Virus record (IMG/VR): IMGVR_UViG_3300037400_003843
Location: 9,671-73,670 of that record
Source: a virus
Lineage: Duplodnaviria; Caudoviricetes
Strand: one strand, 5' to 3'
Length of the DNA: 64,000 nucleotides
In this document: positions 15,441 to 23,689 of the stretch, in pieces
Position numbering within the stretch: the first letter of the stretch is position 1
Layout of the letters: the number at the start of each line of letters is the position of its first letter
Translations under genes and position numbers: made by a program
Notes under the pieces: model-generated
The model's database searches: none
What the model was told of the DNA's origin: nothing
Seen by the model: the letters and a program-made list of their open reading frames with translations, nothing else

Positions 15441-15526
15441 CCTAGAGATTGACAGCCGGAAAGACGGCGCCTGGGCAGGCATCGGGCCTTTTTGCCTGCC
15501 CTAAAGGGAACATAATTTTGTTTGTT

Positions 15527-15838
15527 ATGGATATAATTAATGGTATTTTTTCGGAAGCTTTCTGGTGGATTGCTCCGATTCTGATGACGCTGACGGTCGC
15601 GTTGGCGGGTGTTATCAATGGCTGGACCAAGGCGGAGGGTTTCTGGGCCCAACTGACGGCCTGGGCGGTAGGTTCCGGCCTGAGTGTTGGAGCCTGGGCG
15701 CTGAAGCTGATTGCTTTCGGCGATCCGGTATGGCTCGGCGTCGTATGTCTGTGCGTTGTTGTTGGTCTTAGCAGCAACGGCGTGTATGACATCCCTGCGA
15801 TTAAGGCTTTCGTGGACAGTTGGTTCAAGAAGGCTTAG
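15527..15838 (+). CDS. Holin-like three-helix membrane protein
   Basis: Three hydrophobic helices; GLSSNGVYD motif followed by a basic C-terminus. Confidence 0.6.
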   Translation: MDIINGIFSEAFWWIAPILMTLTVALAGVINGWTKAEGFWAQLTAWAVGSGLSVGAWALKLIAFGDPVWLGVVCLCVVVGLSSNGVYDIPAIKAFVDSWFKKA

Positions 15839-15845
15839 CTGGAAA

Positions 15846-15925
15846 GGCGGCTTAGCTCAGTCGGTAGAGCGCATCCGGTCGGCCAGTATTGGATGGGGTC
15901 GGGAGTTCGAATCTCCTCGCCGCCT
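15846..15925 (+). tRNA. tRNA-like gene with a 14-nt anticodon loop
   Basis: Acceptor GGCGGCT/CGCCGCC (one mismatch), D stem GCTC/GAGC, stem CATCC/GGATG around GGTCGGCCAGTATT, T arm GGGAG-TTCGAAT-CTCCT. Confidence 0.8.
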
Positions 15926-15963
15926 CTTGTAAGTTTAAAATTAAATTCGCATCTTTGCAATCC

Positions 15964-16057
15964 GCGTCAAAGGGAACGGCGCAGAAGAAAAATCGGGCTG
16001 GAGTGGCCAGGGTGTTCCCACCTTCTTCGGAAGGGCCCTGTCCATTCCAGCCTTTTT
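15964..16057 (+). ncRNA. Structured leader of the helicase gene (loop-loop variant ending in a terminator-like stem)
   Basis: Hairpin GCGTC/GGCGC with GGGAAC in the loop; 11-bp stem 15996-16006/16042-16052 carrying GTTCCC and a UUCG hairpin; T5 follows. Confidence 0.6.
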
Positions 16058-16071
16058 GTACTAAAAACCGC

Positions 16072-17541
16072 ATGAAGTACAGTGATATCGTAGATTACCT
16101 TGTGTCCACGGCCGGACAGTCTTTTGATAGTTTCGGCCTGTCGGATGACAGGGTAAACAAGAAGACGGAGGCAGGCATTGCTATAGCCATGCGCCGTTAT
16201 ATCTGCGGGATCGACGGTGATGATGGGAACGATTTCTTCAAGGTGGACGACGATGGCCTGCTTTATGTGTACAACGGGCAGTATTTTGAGCAGATGTTGG
16301 AAGAGACGCTCCTTGAAATCATTATCGAGGTCCTGGAGAGGAGTAATGTAGGCATAGTCTATCAGACCGGTTCTGCGAAAATCATAAAAGAATACTGCTT
16401 AAACCGGCTGAAAGGGGACGAACGATGCAAGTTTGTCGCCGATAGGCGGTATATATGCTTTAAGAACGGTGTTTTTGACCTGCAGCAGATGAAGCTGGTT
16501 CCGTTCAGTGTGAAATACAAGACGGACATTATCCTGGACTTCGACTATATCGCCAATGTGCACTCGGCTCTTTGGGATAAGGTTCTCGCACAGACGGTTC
16601 CGGACGAGAATATGAGGGAAACTCTGCACCAGTACTGCGGCTGCTTCCTTGCGAACCGGAATGAATACAAAATCGAGTATATCTGCTTTGTAGTCGGAGA
16701 GGGTCAGAACGGCAAGAGTATCATCTGCAAGGCCGTTGTGAATATGCTCGGACCGAATGTGGCGAGCAGCTATAGCCCTGAGCAGCTCTTTAAAAGCAGC
16801 CAGATGGAGTACCACCTGGCCGATGTGAATGGAAAAATAGTGAATTATTGCGATGAAGTGTCAAACAAAGACTTTTCTGGCGGTGACTTTAAGCAGTTTG
16901 TCTCCGGTGGAGCCTTCACCGGCCGGCATCCCTACTCGAAAAGGCCGACAAAGGTGGACAAGATCCCGCTTATGCTCTGCTGCGCCAATAAAATTCCCCC
17001 GACAACCGACGACACTGAGGGTTATTTTAGAAGATTTCTAATTATCCTCGCCCCTAACCACATTGATGACAGAGACAAGGACCCGATGCTGGAAATGAAG
17101 CTGAAGGCGCCGGAAGTGAAGGCCGCAATCTTCAACTGGGTCCTGGAAGGATACAAGACCTTCATGAAGAACGATGGTAAAATCGAGATAGCGAGCTCTG
17201 TGAAGGAAGTCGTGGATGAGATGAAGGCTAATAGTAATAGCCTGCGCCGCTGGATTGACACTATGGGGTATGTCGCAGCTCAGCCGGAAGACAAGAGGGC
17301 CCCTGGTTGGAAGTCTCTGAAGGAATGGGTTCAGCTCTATAAGGCGTACTGCGATGACTGGGGCGAAACGCCGAGGTCGAGAAGTGCAGTGACCGAGCAG
17401 TTCAAGAAGATGAATGCGGTTTCCGAGAGAAGATCCGATGGTATATGGTACTACCTGGAGGTTGCGCCGGTGGAGACGGTCAAGAGTGAGCCGGTTGTGG
17501 AGGAAAAGAAAGAGGTTGAGGAGGATTTGCCTTTTAGTTAA
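16072..17541 (+). CDS. D5/P4-family SF3 replicative helicase
   Basis: D5_N-like FKNGVFDL; Walker A GEGQNGKS, Walker B YCDEV, motif C CCANK; start MKYSDIV at 16072. Confidence 0.9.
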   Translation: MKYSDIVDYLVSTAGQSFDSFGLSDDRVNKKTEAGIAIAMRRYICGIDGDDGNDFFKVDDDGLLYVYNGQYFEQMLEETLLEIIIEVLERSNVGIVYQTGSAKIIKEYCLNRLKGDERCKFVADRRYICFKNGVFDLQQMKLVPFSVKYKTDIILDFDYIANVHSALWDKVLAQTVPDENMRETLHQYCGCFLANRNEYKIEYICFVVGEGQNGKSIICKAVVNMLGPNVASSYSPEQLFKSSQMEYHLADVNGKIVNYCDEVSNKDFSGGDFKQFVSGGAFTGRHPYSKRPTKVDKIPLMLCCANKIPPTTDDTEGYFRRFLIILAPNHIDDRDKDPMLEMKLKAPEVKAAIFNWVLEGYKTFMKNDGKIEIASSVKEVVDEMKANSNSLRRWIDTMGYVAAQPEDKRAPGWKSLKEWVQLYKAYCDDWGETPRSRSAVTEQFKKMNAVSERRSDGIWYYLEVAPVETVKSEPVVEEKKEVEEDLPFS

Positions 17542-17577
17542 GGACCTGGGTAAGTCCTTAAACTGCCCGAATACAAG

Positions 17578-18495
17578 ATGGCAAAGAAAGAGACATATAG
17601 TTTTGCTTTTGATCCCGTAGCGGCTCTTAGGAACGCTCCGAAGTTAATGGGAATGGAGTTGAAGCAGTGCGGGCCAAATAAGCTTTGTGGTGGGTACTAT
17701 CTCAATCGCGAAAGGCACCAGTTCCGTACTGATAAAATTAAGGTCTTTATCTCGAGGGGAACTGTATGGGTAGCAGAGGAGGGTGGACGTTGTATCAGTC
17801 TTCCGCAGTGGTTAATCGAGTTTGGCCAGGCCGCCGACTTCAAGGACGCTCTTAGGATTATTAAAGGAGGGTCGCAGGCCATAAATTGGGAAGAGGAGTC
17901 TGTACGCATAAAGAAAGTGCAACTCAAATATGTTAGCCAAGATGTTTTGGCCGGTGCGAAGGCGTATGACTTAAACCTGAGCCCGCTGTTTCGACATATG
18001 TGCAAACTCTTCCCGGAGCCTCGTGTTCGTGCGATTTGGGACGCATACAATGTGACAGCCACGAGCAAGGGTGGCACTTGCTTTTGGTATCTGAATGCGG
18101 ATGGCCGGATTTGCCACGACAAGGTAGTCTTTTACGACGAAACGGGCCATAGAATTAAGACTCTTCCGATGGGACGCCAGTATCGTATTGGAGACGGGTA
18201 CACAGAAAGCCCCATGTTCGGTAGTCACTTCAAGAAGAAGCCGAAGGGAATACTTGAGTCAGAAAAGTCAGCGCTTTACGCGTCTTGTTTTTTCGGAGGC
18301 GTTTGGCTTGCGACTGGTGGAATGGGAAACCTTCACGATCCGGGAGATATACCTCTTTATGCGGATAGGGACGCGGAAGAAATATGGTCCGCGAAGGGTG
18401 ACTGCGTTGACTGGTACAGCGACTGGCCGGAATGCGGCGACCACAGTGATTTGGGTGATAAAATTGAATGGATGATTTTGAATAATTCTAAATAA
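17578..18495 (+). CDS. Bacteroidetes-type primase-like protein (DUF6371/Toprim-like)
   Basis: KVVFYDETGHRIK, ILESEKSAL, WLATGG, LYADRD, DLGD. Confidence 0.7.
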   Translation: MAKKETYSFAFDPVAALRNAPKLMGMELKQCGPNKLCGGYYLNRERHQFRTDKIKVFISRGTVWVAEEGGRCISLPQWLIEFGQAADFKDALRIIKGGSQAINWEEESVRIKKVQLKYVSQDVLAGAKAYDLNLSPLFRHMCKLFPEPRVRAIWDAYNVTATSKGGTCFWYLNADGRICHDKVVFYDETGHRIKTLPMGRQYRIGDGYTESPMFGSHFKKKPKGILESEKSALYASCFFGGVWLATGGMGNLHDPGDIPLYADRDAEEIWSAKGDCVDWYSDWPECGDHSDLGDKIEWMILNNSK

Positions 18496-18496
18496 G

Positions 18497-18778
18497 ATGG
18501 TTGACCCTAGCATATGGAGAAAGTACGTCTCGATTATGGAGTCCATAGTTGGTGGCGACATAAGGAGCCGGTCCAGAAAGAGAGATTTCGTGGTCGGAAG
18601 GTCTCTTGTTGCGCATCAGCTCAGGATTGACGGCTGGACCCTGGAGAGGATTGGCCTTGCGTTGAACAGGGATCACGCTACGGTTAGTCATGCGCTTGAT
18701 ATGGCCCGGGATTACATGATGTACCCGGATTTTGCTGAAATTTGGTCTAAGTTTCAAATAAAAATCAACGAAAAATGA
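18497..18778 (+). CDS. DnaA domain-IV-like helix-turn-helix protein
   Basis: RSRKRDFVVGR ... TLERIGLALNRDHATVSHA resembles the DnaA C-terminal signature. Confidence 0.7.
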   Translation: MVDPSIWRKYVSIMESIVGGDIRSRSRKRDFVVGRSLVAHQLRIDGWTLERIGLALNRDHATVSHALDMARDYMMYPDFAEIWSKFQIKINEK

Positions 18779-19260
18779 AGAACATTAAAGAAAAAATCAT
18801 GCAATGGTGGTACTTCCACGTGCAGAATCCGGTCGTCCGTAAGGGCGAGAGTAAGGACGGTGCGTTCAGGTGGACGTTCAGGAGATTCACAATGGACATC
18901 TCTACGCTTTCCGGTAATTTCAAGGCGAGATTCACGGCCGGCGAACATCCGTTTGCCGCTCTCTTGTCTGACGAGTCTGACAAGAACACTCCAGGCTTTG
19001 CCGAGATTCTGTACACGGTAGGTATGCTACTGACAACGGAGCAAAAATTCGCGAACGATATCCAGAACGCGATTAAGCGGTATCAAGACAGGGCTACGAA
19101 GTCTGCAAAGGTTGAGGAAGACGAAATTGAAGAGAAAATAGCGTTAGAAACCGAAAAACAGATCCAGGAGCTAGTGGATATGCCGAAGAAGGAACGGAAG
19201 AAGGTTGAGAAAAAGATTGACAGGAAGTTCAAAAAGGCGGTAAAGGATTTGGAGAAATAA
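18775..19260 (+). CDS. Hypothetical protein
   Basis: 161 aa with a coiled-coil C-terminus. Confidence 0.7.
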   Translation: MKNIKEKIMQWWYFHVQNPVVRKGESKDGAFRWTFRRFTMDISTLSGNFKARFTAGEHPFAALLSDESDKNTPGFAEILYTVGMLLTTEQKFANDIQNAIKRYQDRATKSAKVEEDEIEEKIALETEKQIQELVDMPKKERKKVEKKIDRKFKKAVKDLEK

Positions 19261-19271
19261 GAATAATTCGC

Positions 19272-19279
19272 TATCTTTG
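19272..19279 (+). promoter_or_regulatory. Sigma-A promoter of HEG cassette 1
   Basis: TATCTTTG with TTTG (-33) at 19248-51, 20-nt spacer. Confidence 0.8.
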
Positions 19280-19284
19280 CTCTT

Positions 19285-19373
19285 GCTATGTACGAGATAG
19301 CGGAAGAAATATAGGATGCTCGGATAAGTAGGTGTTTGCTCGTACCATTCACTGAAAGTTCGGGCACTTTTTT
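19285..19373 (+). ncRNA. Kissing-loop leader RNA, copy 1
   Basis: GCTAT-[GTACGAG]-ATAGC; P2 19317-25/19358-66; AAGTA/GAAA internal loop; P3 loop [CTCGTAC] at 19339-45; T-tract. Confidence 0.85.
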
Positions 19374-19380
19374 TACAAAA

Positions 19381-19956
19381 ATGAAAGAAGAAATTTGGAA
19401 GGATATTCCCGGGTATGAGGGGATATACCAAGTTAGCGATTGGGGAAGAGTTCGCTCCCTCGACATGTTCGTTCCGATAAGGGGTGGAGTGCAAACAAGG
19501 CATGGTAGAGTTTTGGTTCCATATATCAATATAGATGGATATAGAACCGTTTCCCTATGTAAAAACAAGAAGAAAAGGACTTTGAGGGTATGCAGGTTGG
19601 TCGCTATTACTTTTATTCTTAATCAGTATAATTATCCAACAGTCAATCATATAAACGAGATAAAAACAGACGATCGCGTTGAGAATCTCGAGTGGTGCAC
19701 AGTGAAATATAATTTAAATTATAGAAACCGGCGAGCAAACGCAACGGCGACAAGAAAACGAAATAAAGTCGGATTCAAGCCTGTTGAGCAATATGACCTA
19801 AGTGGCAATCTTGTTGCTGTTTACGAAAGCACAGCCGCCGCAGCCCGGGCGACCGGCTGCGGCCAAGGTTTAATTTCGAATAATTGCCTGGGAAGAACAA
19901 AAACCGCAGGCGGTTATAAATGGAAATACTTGGATGGCACAGATATTGTAGAATAA
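19381..19956 (+). CDS. NUMOD4-HNH-NUMOD1 homing endonuclease
   Basis: MKEEIWKDIPGYEGIYQVSDWGRVRS ... VNHINEIKTDDRVENLEW ... KTAGGYKWKY. Confidence 0.92.
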   Translation: MKEEIWKDIPGYEGIYQVSDWGRVRSLDMFVPIRGGVQTRHGRVLVPYINIDGYRTVSLCKNKKKRTLRVCRLVAITFILNQYNYPTVNHINEIKTDDRVENLEWCTVKYNLNYRNRRANATATRKRNKVGFKPVEQYDLSGNLVAVYESTAAAARATGCGQGLISNNCLGRTKTAGGYKWKYLDGTDIVE

Positions 19957-19973
19957 TTTTTTAAAATATTGAT

Positions 19974-20513
19974 ATGGAGCAAACCGATATTCATTTCCGT
20001 ACTGGCGGAAATATCACTCACGCTGGGATAGAGGTCCTTCCGGCCGGTCGCGATATCGAGTACATTGTACTTGAGAGCATTGAGTTTAAGGAAAGCGAGA
20101 AAATTAATGGCCGTAGCCAGGACGGCGTTTGGATAGGGCATTTCGCCCCTAATCCGTACACGTCACTCCCTTGGGTTATAAATAGCACAAATCGCCGTAG
20201 GCTCGCCAAACTCTTCCCTGAATGCGAGGGGTACCTCGCAAGGCTTCACAATGTGGCAATTCGTCTCACGAAGGAAAAAACAAGAGATCCACAAGATGGG
20301 GGAGAATGTTTTGGCCTCCGCGTAAGTCTTATTCCGGCAAAGCAGCCAGAGGCTCCCGCAAAGAAAGCTATCCAGGAGAACCAGATTCAGGCCATTGTCG
20401 ATTGGGCGAAGAAGAACGGCTACGGCATCGAGCAGATTGCTGAGAAGTACGACTTCGCTTCTGATGCGGTTAAGCAGGCCATCATTGACAAGTTGGAGGA
20501 CTTACCTGAATAG
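19974..20513 (+). CDS. Putative ssDNA-annealing/binding recombination protein
   Basis: PWVINSTNRRRL motif; lies directly upstream of the YqaJ-like exonuclease. Confidence 0.5.
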   Translation: MEQTDIHFRTGGNITHAGIEVLPAGRDIEYIVLESIEFKESEKINGRSQDGVWIGHFAPNPYTSLPWVINSTNRRRLAKLFPECEGYLARLHNVAIRLTKEKTRDPQDGGECFGLRVSLIPAKQPEAPAKKAIQENQIQAIVDWAKKNGYGIEQIAEKYDFASDAVKQAIIDKLEDLPE

Positions 20514-20515
20514 TT

Positions 20516-21274
20516 ATGGACAAAGAGCACAAATGGAGACTTGAACGATGCGGATATATTACCGCATCCATGCTTTCGGACATTACATCGAAATCTGGGA
20601 AGATTATCGACGGGAATTTGACTGCTATCCGCTCGAAGCGATTCGAACGGAAATACGGTTATCCTTTGCAAGTATCTTCGCGCACAATGGAAATCGGGAC
20701 CGAGAACGAGAAGTATGTTATCGAGTGGTTTCGTAATCAGTATCCAGACATTCCAATTATTTACGCACAGGAATTGGGTGAAAATATTCCATTTTGGAAG
20801 GTGGGTTGGGCTAAGTTCGGAGCTTCCCCAGACGCTTTCACTGAGGACGAAAGGATTGTTATAGATGCAAAGACGGTCGTAAGTAATTCCAATATCGAGT
20901 TCTTTGCTGACGAGTACACATCCTATGAGGAGAAGAAAGCAAAGGTTTGGGAAGAGCACGGCGACCAGATTTTAGGGTTATGGCTGTCTAATCCAAAGAC
21001 CGAGGAGGTCTGGATTGTTAAGCACATCTACTGCGACGAGTTCAACGAGTTCGAGCCAGCAGACCCCCTTGCCACCTGGCGCGGTCTTGTCTTCAAGTTC
21101 GCTCGGAAGGATTTCGAGGCATCTATCGCCGAGATGAAGGACCGCATTATCCTTTTCGACAAGATGATTGACGCACCTGTAGATCCTTCTCAGTTCAAGG
21201 TCGGAGAATGGAGCGTAAGGGGAGGACAACTTCATCAAGAGACCCCTATGCCGGCCGAGAAGAAAAAGAAATGA
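20516..21274 (+). CDS. YqaJ/lambda-exonuclease-like recombination nuclease
   Basis: WRLERCGYITAS, GTENE, GASPD, IDAKT (PD-(D/E)xK). Confidence 0.85.
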   Translation: MDKEHKWRLERCGYITASMLSDITSKSGKIIDGNLTAIRSKRFERKYGYPLQVSSRTMEIGTENEKYVIEWFRNQYPDIPIIYAQELGENIPFWKVGWAKFGASPDAFTEDERIVIDAKTVVSNSNIEFFADEYTSYEEKKAKVWEEHGDQILGLWLSNPKTEEVWIVKHIYCDEFNEFEPADPLATWRGLVFKFARKDFEASIAEMKDRIILFDKMIDAPVDPSQFKVGEWSVRGGQLHQETPMPAEKKKK

Positions 21275-21840
21275 GAGACCCTCTTAACAGAGCAAACGGA
21301 CCGGCTATAATTCGGCTTTATGACGCATGCTTTAAGCGTGGCGTCATTGACTCATGCGAAGCCAACGACGACTATGCTGTTCGTGAATTTATTTCCAAGC
21401 ATAAGTTTAAGTGGACCTTCGGGACGATTAAGGAGCCCGATGGCGTGGATTGGAGGTCGTTTCGTTTTATCCTTTACAGGATTGCGAGGGAAACAGGTTT
21501 AATGGGCCTTTCCGAGAACTATATCGCTATGATCCGGAAGACAAATTACCTTTGGTGCCTTCTTCCGTATTGCATGTGGTTCTATCTCATGGGCGCTCAG
21601 GAGTGGTTGGCTTACCCTTCTGCTCCGCAGATTGAAATTTTCAAGTCGCACAAGAGGGTTCACTGGGACCCAAACTGTCCGGTAAAGAAATTTACCAGAA
21701 TGGACTATATTTCATACATGCATGAGGCTTCGTTTGAGTACAGGAAGTTTGACGATGAGAATAAGCCAGTCACAGACACTCTGATGGAGAGTTATTGCAA
21801 TGCCGTTTTCGATATAACCAAAAGCTATGTCTCAAAATAA
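21271..21840 (+). CDS. Hypothetical protein
   Basis: ATGA overlap; start MRDPLN. Confidence 0.7.
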   Translation: MRDPLNRANGPAIIRLYDACFKRGVIDSCEANDDYAVREFISKHKFKWTFGTIKEPDGVDWRSFRFILYRIARETGLMGLSENYIAMIRKTNYLWCLLPYCMWFYLMGAQEWLAYPSAPQIEIFKSHKRVHWDPNCPVKKFTRMDYISYMHEASFEYRKFDDENKPVTDTLMESYCNAVFDITKSYVSK

Positions 21841-22186
21841 AATATACCGCGTTCCCCATGAGGAACCCAACGATTTTCGCTGGGATTACATTCTCTTGCC
21901 GTACGGCCAATATTACGAGAAGACTGCGGCCATACTTAGTGCTCGCCCAGGTGACACTTTGCGGTTTTTCGAGGGACGAGATGCGGAGATTAAGGGGGTT
22001 AGGCTTATCGAGGACGAAGAGCTATGCGGTATTCTCTCAAGGACGCGCTACGGCCTCCCTTGGCCCGTCGTGTTTGATCAGTGGCGAAGAGACGCTATCC
22101 TGGAAGGACATGGCGGAGGAGTCTTGCTACCACATAAGTGCATATTTGTAGCGTTTACTTACAAATGCGAAGAAAAGCAGAAATAG
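21827..22186 (+). CDS. Hypothetical protein
   Basis: 119 aa, packed in the operon. Confidence 0.65.
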   Translation: MSQNKIYRVPHEEPNDFRWDYILLPYGQYYEKTAAILSARPGDTLRFFEGRDAEIKGVRLIEDEELCGILSRTRYGLPWPVVFDQWRRDAILEGHGGGVLLPHKCIFVAFTYKCEEKQK

Positions 22187-22509
22187 CCGCACCGAAGCGG
22201 GAGATGCCTGCCGAGAGTTATGGCATCAATGCAAAGTCTGCTGAGTATATCCTATGCCCGGCAAACGCGATTGAGGATGCGTTTTACAAGCGGAATCCGG
22301 ATAATCCGTATCGCCTGAAGACCGTGGACGGAGCGGAGCACTCGGTGTTGTTCCTCTGCACATGGTTTAATCGTGGAACCATGTACGACGATGAGCTGGA
22401 GGCGACGTGCCAGAGATATTACGGCATGACTTTTGAAGGCATAAGGTCTATGTGGATAGGAAGGCTGGGTCGCGTTGACGATTACTGGCACCTTATAAAA
22501 CTTAGTTGA
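22165..22509 (+). CDS. Hypothetical protein (likely paralogue of 21827-22186)
   Basis: Shared pattern: Y-I-L-x-P near the N-terminus and an R/Y-Y-G-x-x-(W/F) helix. Confidence 0.6.
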   Translation: MRRKAEIAAPKREMPAESYGINAKSAEYILCPANAIEDAFYKRNPDNPYRLKTVDGAEHSVLFLCTWFNRGTMYDDELEATCQRYYGMTFEGIRSMWIGRLGRVDDYWHLIKLS

Positions 22510-22685
22510 TGGACGAGAAGTTGGCTATGGAGTTGTTTGAAAACGGCGAGGCATTCGGCGTTTATGTGAACATCATCCTTATGGAAGCAAATGGAATGGC
22601 GTATTTTTCGTTTGACGGCCACGAATGGCACGAAGCAGAGCATCCAGCGTTTAGGGATTGCTTAAAACAAGCTAAAAAACTATAG
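22509..22685 (+). CDS. Small hypothetical protein (58 aa)
   Basis: Manual translation MDEKLAMELFENGEAFGVYVNII...; TGATG overlap. Confidence 0.55.
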   Translation: MDEKLAMELFENGEAFGVYVNIILMEANGMAYFSFDGHEWHEAEHPAFRDCLKQAKKL

Positions 22686-22689
22686 TATT

Positions 22690-23076
22690 ATGGAAAATTC
22701 ATTATTTCCCTTAAAGTACCGCCTCCGTAAGACGGATGAGCCGGTAGAGATTGTCGCCTGGGAGACCATTGAAAAGGGCGCACGGAATGAGAATGACTGG
22801 GTGTCGTACATCGACGCCCAGGGAGTGGAGCATATCAAGGAGCATCTGACGCTCGAGTGGGATTTTGTCATCCAGACGCCGTTTGAGAAAGTGCTTGCCG
22901 GCGGGTTCGGAAGCGGCTTGGACAAGTTCGACCCGTGGGAATCGAGGCGGTATGAGCTGGTGAAGGAGATGTACATCAAGGAGTGGGATTCGGATGTAGA
23001 CTCCGACATTGATGACCTTGTCGCAATCGCTGACGAAATTATTGATGCACTGAAAAAACCGAACAATGGGCTGTAG
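22690..23076 (+). CDS. Hypothetical protein
   Basis: 128 aa; C-terminal RRYELVKE ... AVAIADEIIDALK-type helix common in phage proteins. Confidence 0.7.
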   Translation: MENSLFPLKYRLRKTDEPVEIVAWETIEKGARNENDWVSYIDAQGVEHIKEHLTLEWDFVIQTPFEKVLAGGFGSGLDKFDPWESRRYELVKEMYIKEWDSDVDSDIDDLVAIADEIIDALKKPNNGL

Positions 23077-23183
23077 TAGGATTGCCGCCGATGTGAGCCC
23101 ATGAGCCCATACTATCAGGACAGACTGAATAGGGCGACAGACCACGGGGTAATTCCCAAGGAGTGCACTAACGGCGGCGTTTT

Positions 23184-23257
23184 GGATGGGTAGCTCAGTG
23201 GTAGAGCGCGGTAAGAGTTGAGACCGTAAGTCGCGGATTCGAGTTCCGCCCCGTCCG
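23184..23257 (+). tRNA. tRNA-like gene with an enlarged (8-10 nt) anticodon loop
   Basis: Acceptor GGATGGG/CCCGTCC, D stem GCTC/GAGC, stem CGGT/ACCG around AAGAGTTGAG, T arm GCGGA-TTCGAGT-TCCGC, G73. Confidence 0.8.
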
Positions 23258-23262
23258 CAAAT

Positions 23263-23688
23263 ATGATTAACAAAGGACTATTTTCATCAAACAGCAACGA
23301 GTGGGCAACTCCGACCGACTTCTATAAGAAGCTGGACGCGGAGTTTCACTTCAATCTTGACCCGTGCTGCACGCACGAGAACGCTAAGTGTGAGAGACAC
23401 TATACTATTGAAGATGACGGACTTACGCAAAAATGGGGGGGGGCAGGAACGAGAGTGTTCTGCAATCCCCCTTACGGAAGGGAGATCGGCAAGTGGGTCA
23501 AGAAGTGCTACGAAGAGAGCAAGAACTGCGATGCCGTGGTTATGCTTATTCCGGCAAGGACAGACACGGCTTATTTCCACGACTACATCTATCACAAGGC
23601 CAAGGAGATTCGATTCATCCGTGGTCGGCTTCATTTCAACGATTCAAAGCAGGGAGCGCCGTTCCCGAGTATGGTAGTGGTATTTTGA
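23263..23688 (+). CDS. Phage N6-adenine DNA methyltransferase (Dam-type), G9 tract in frame
   Basis: EWATP, LDPC, FCNPPY, VMLIPARTDT, IRFIRGRL, APFPSMVVVF; G9 at 23435-23443. Confidence 0.9.
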   Translation: MINKGLFSSNSNEWATPTDFYKKLDAEFHFNLDPCCTHENAKCERHYTIEDDGLTQKWGGAGTRVFCNPPYGREIGKWVKKCYEESKNCDAVVMLIPARTDTAYFHDYIYHKAKEIRFIRGRLHFNDSKQGAPFPSMVVVF

Positions 23689-23689
23689 T

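Larger units (their letters stand above)
15106..15468 (+). repeat. Repeated GCCG-(G)GAAAGA(C)-CGGC hairpin spacer
   Basis: Copies at 15111-15126 and 15261-15276 (identical), 15455-15468, and variant ACCG-CAAAGAC-CGGT at 15385-15399. Confidence 0.8.

Noticed and set aside
15889-16071. TTG-started N-terminal extension of the helicase in the ORF track
   Set aside because: It overlaps a tRNA-like gene, a promoter and a structured leader; the ATG at 16072 is the plausible start.
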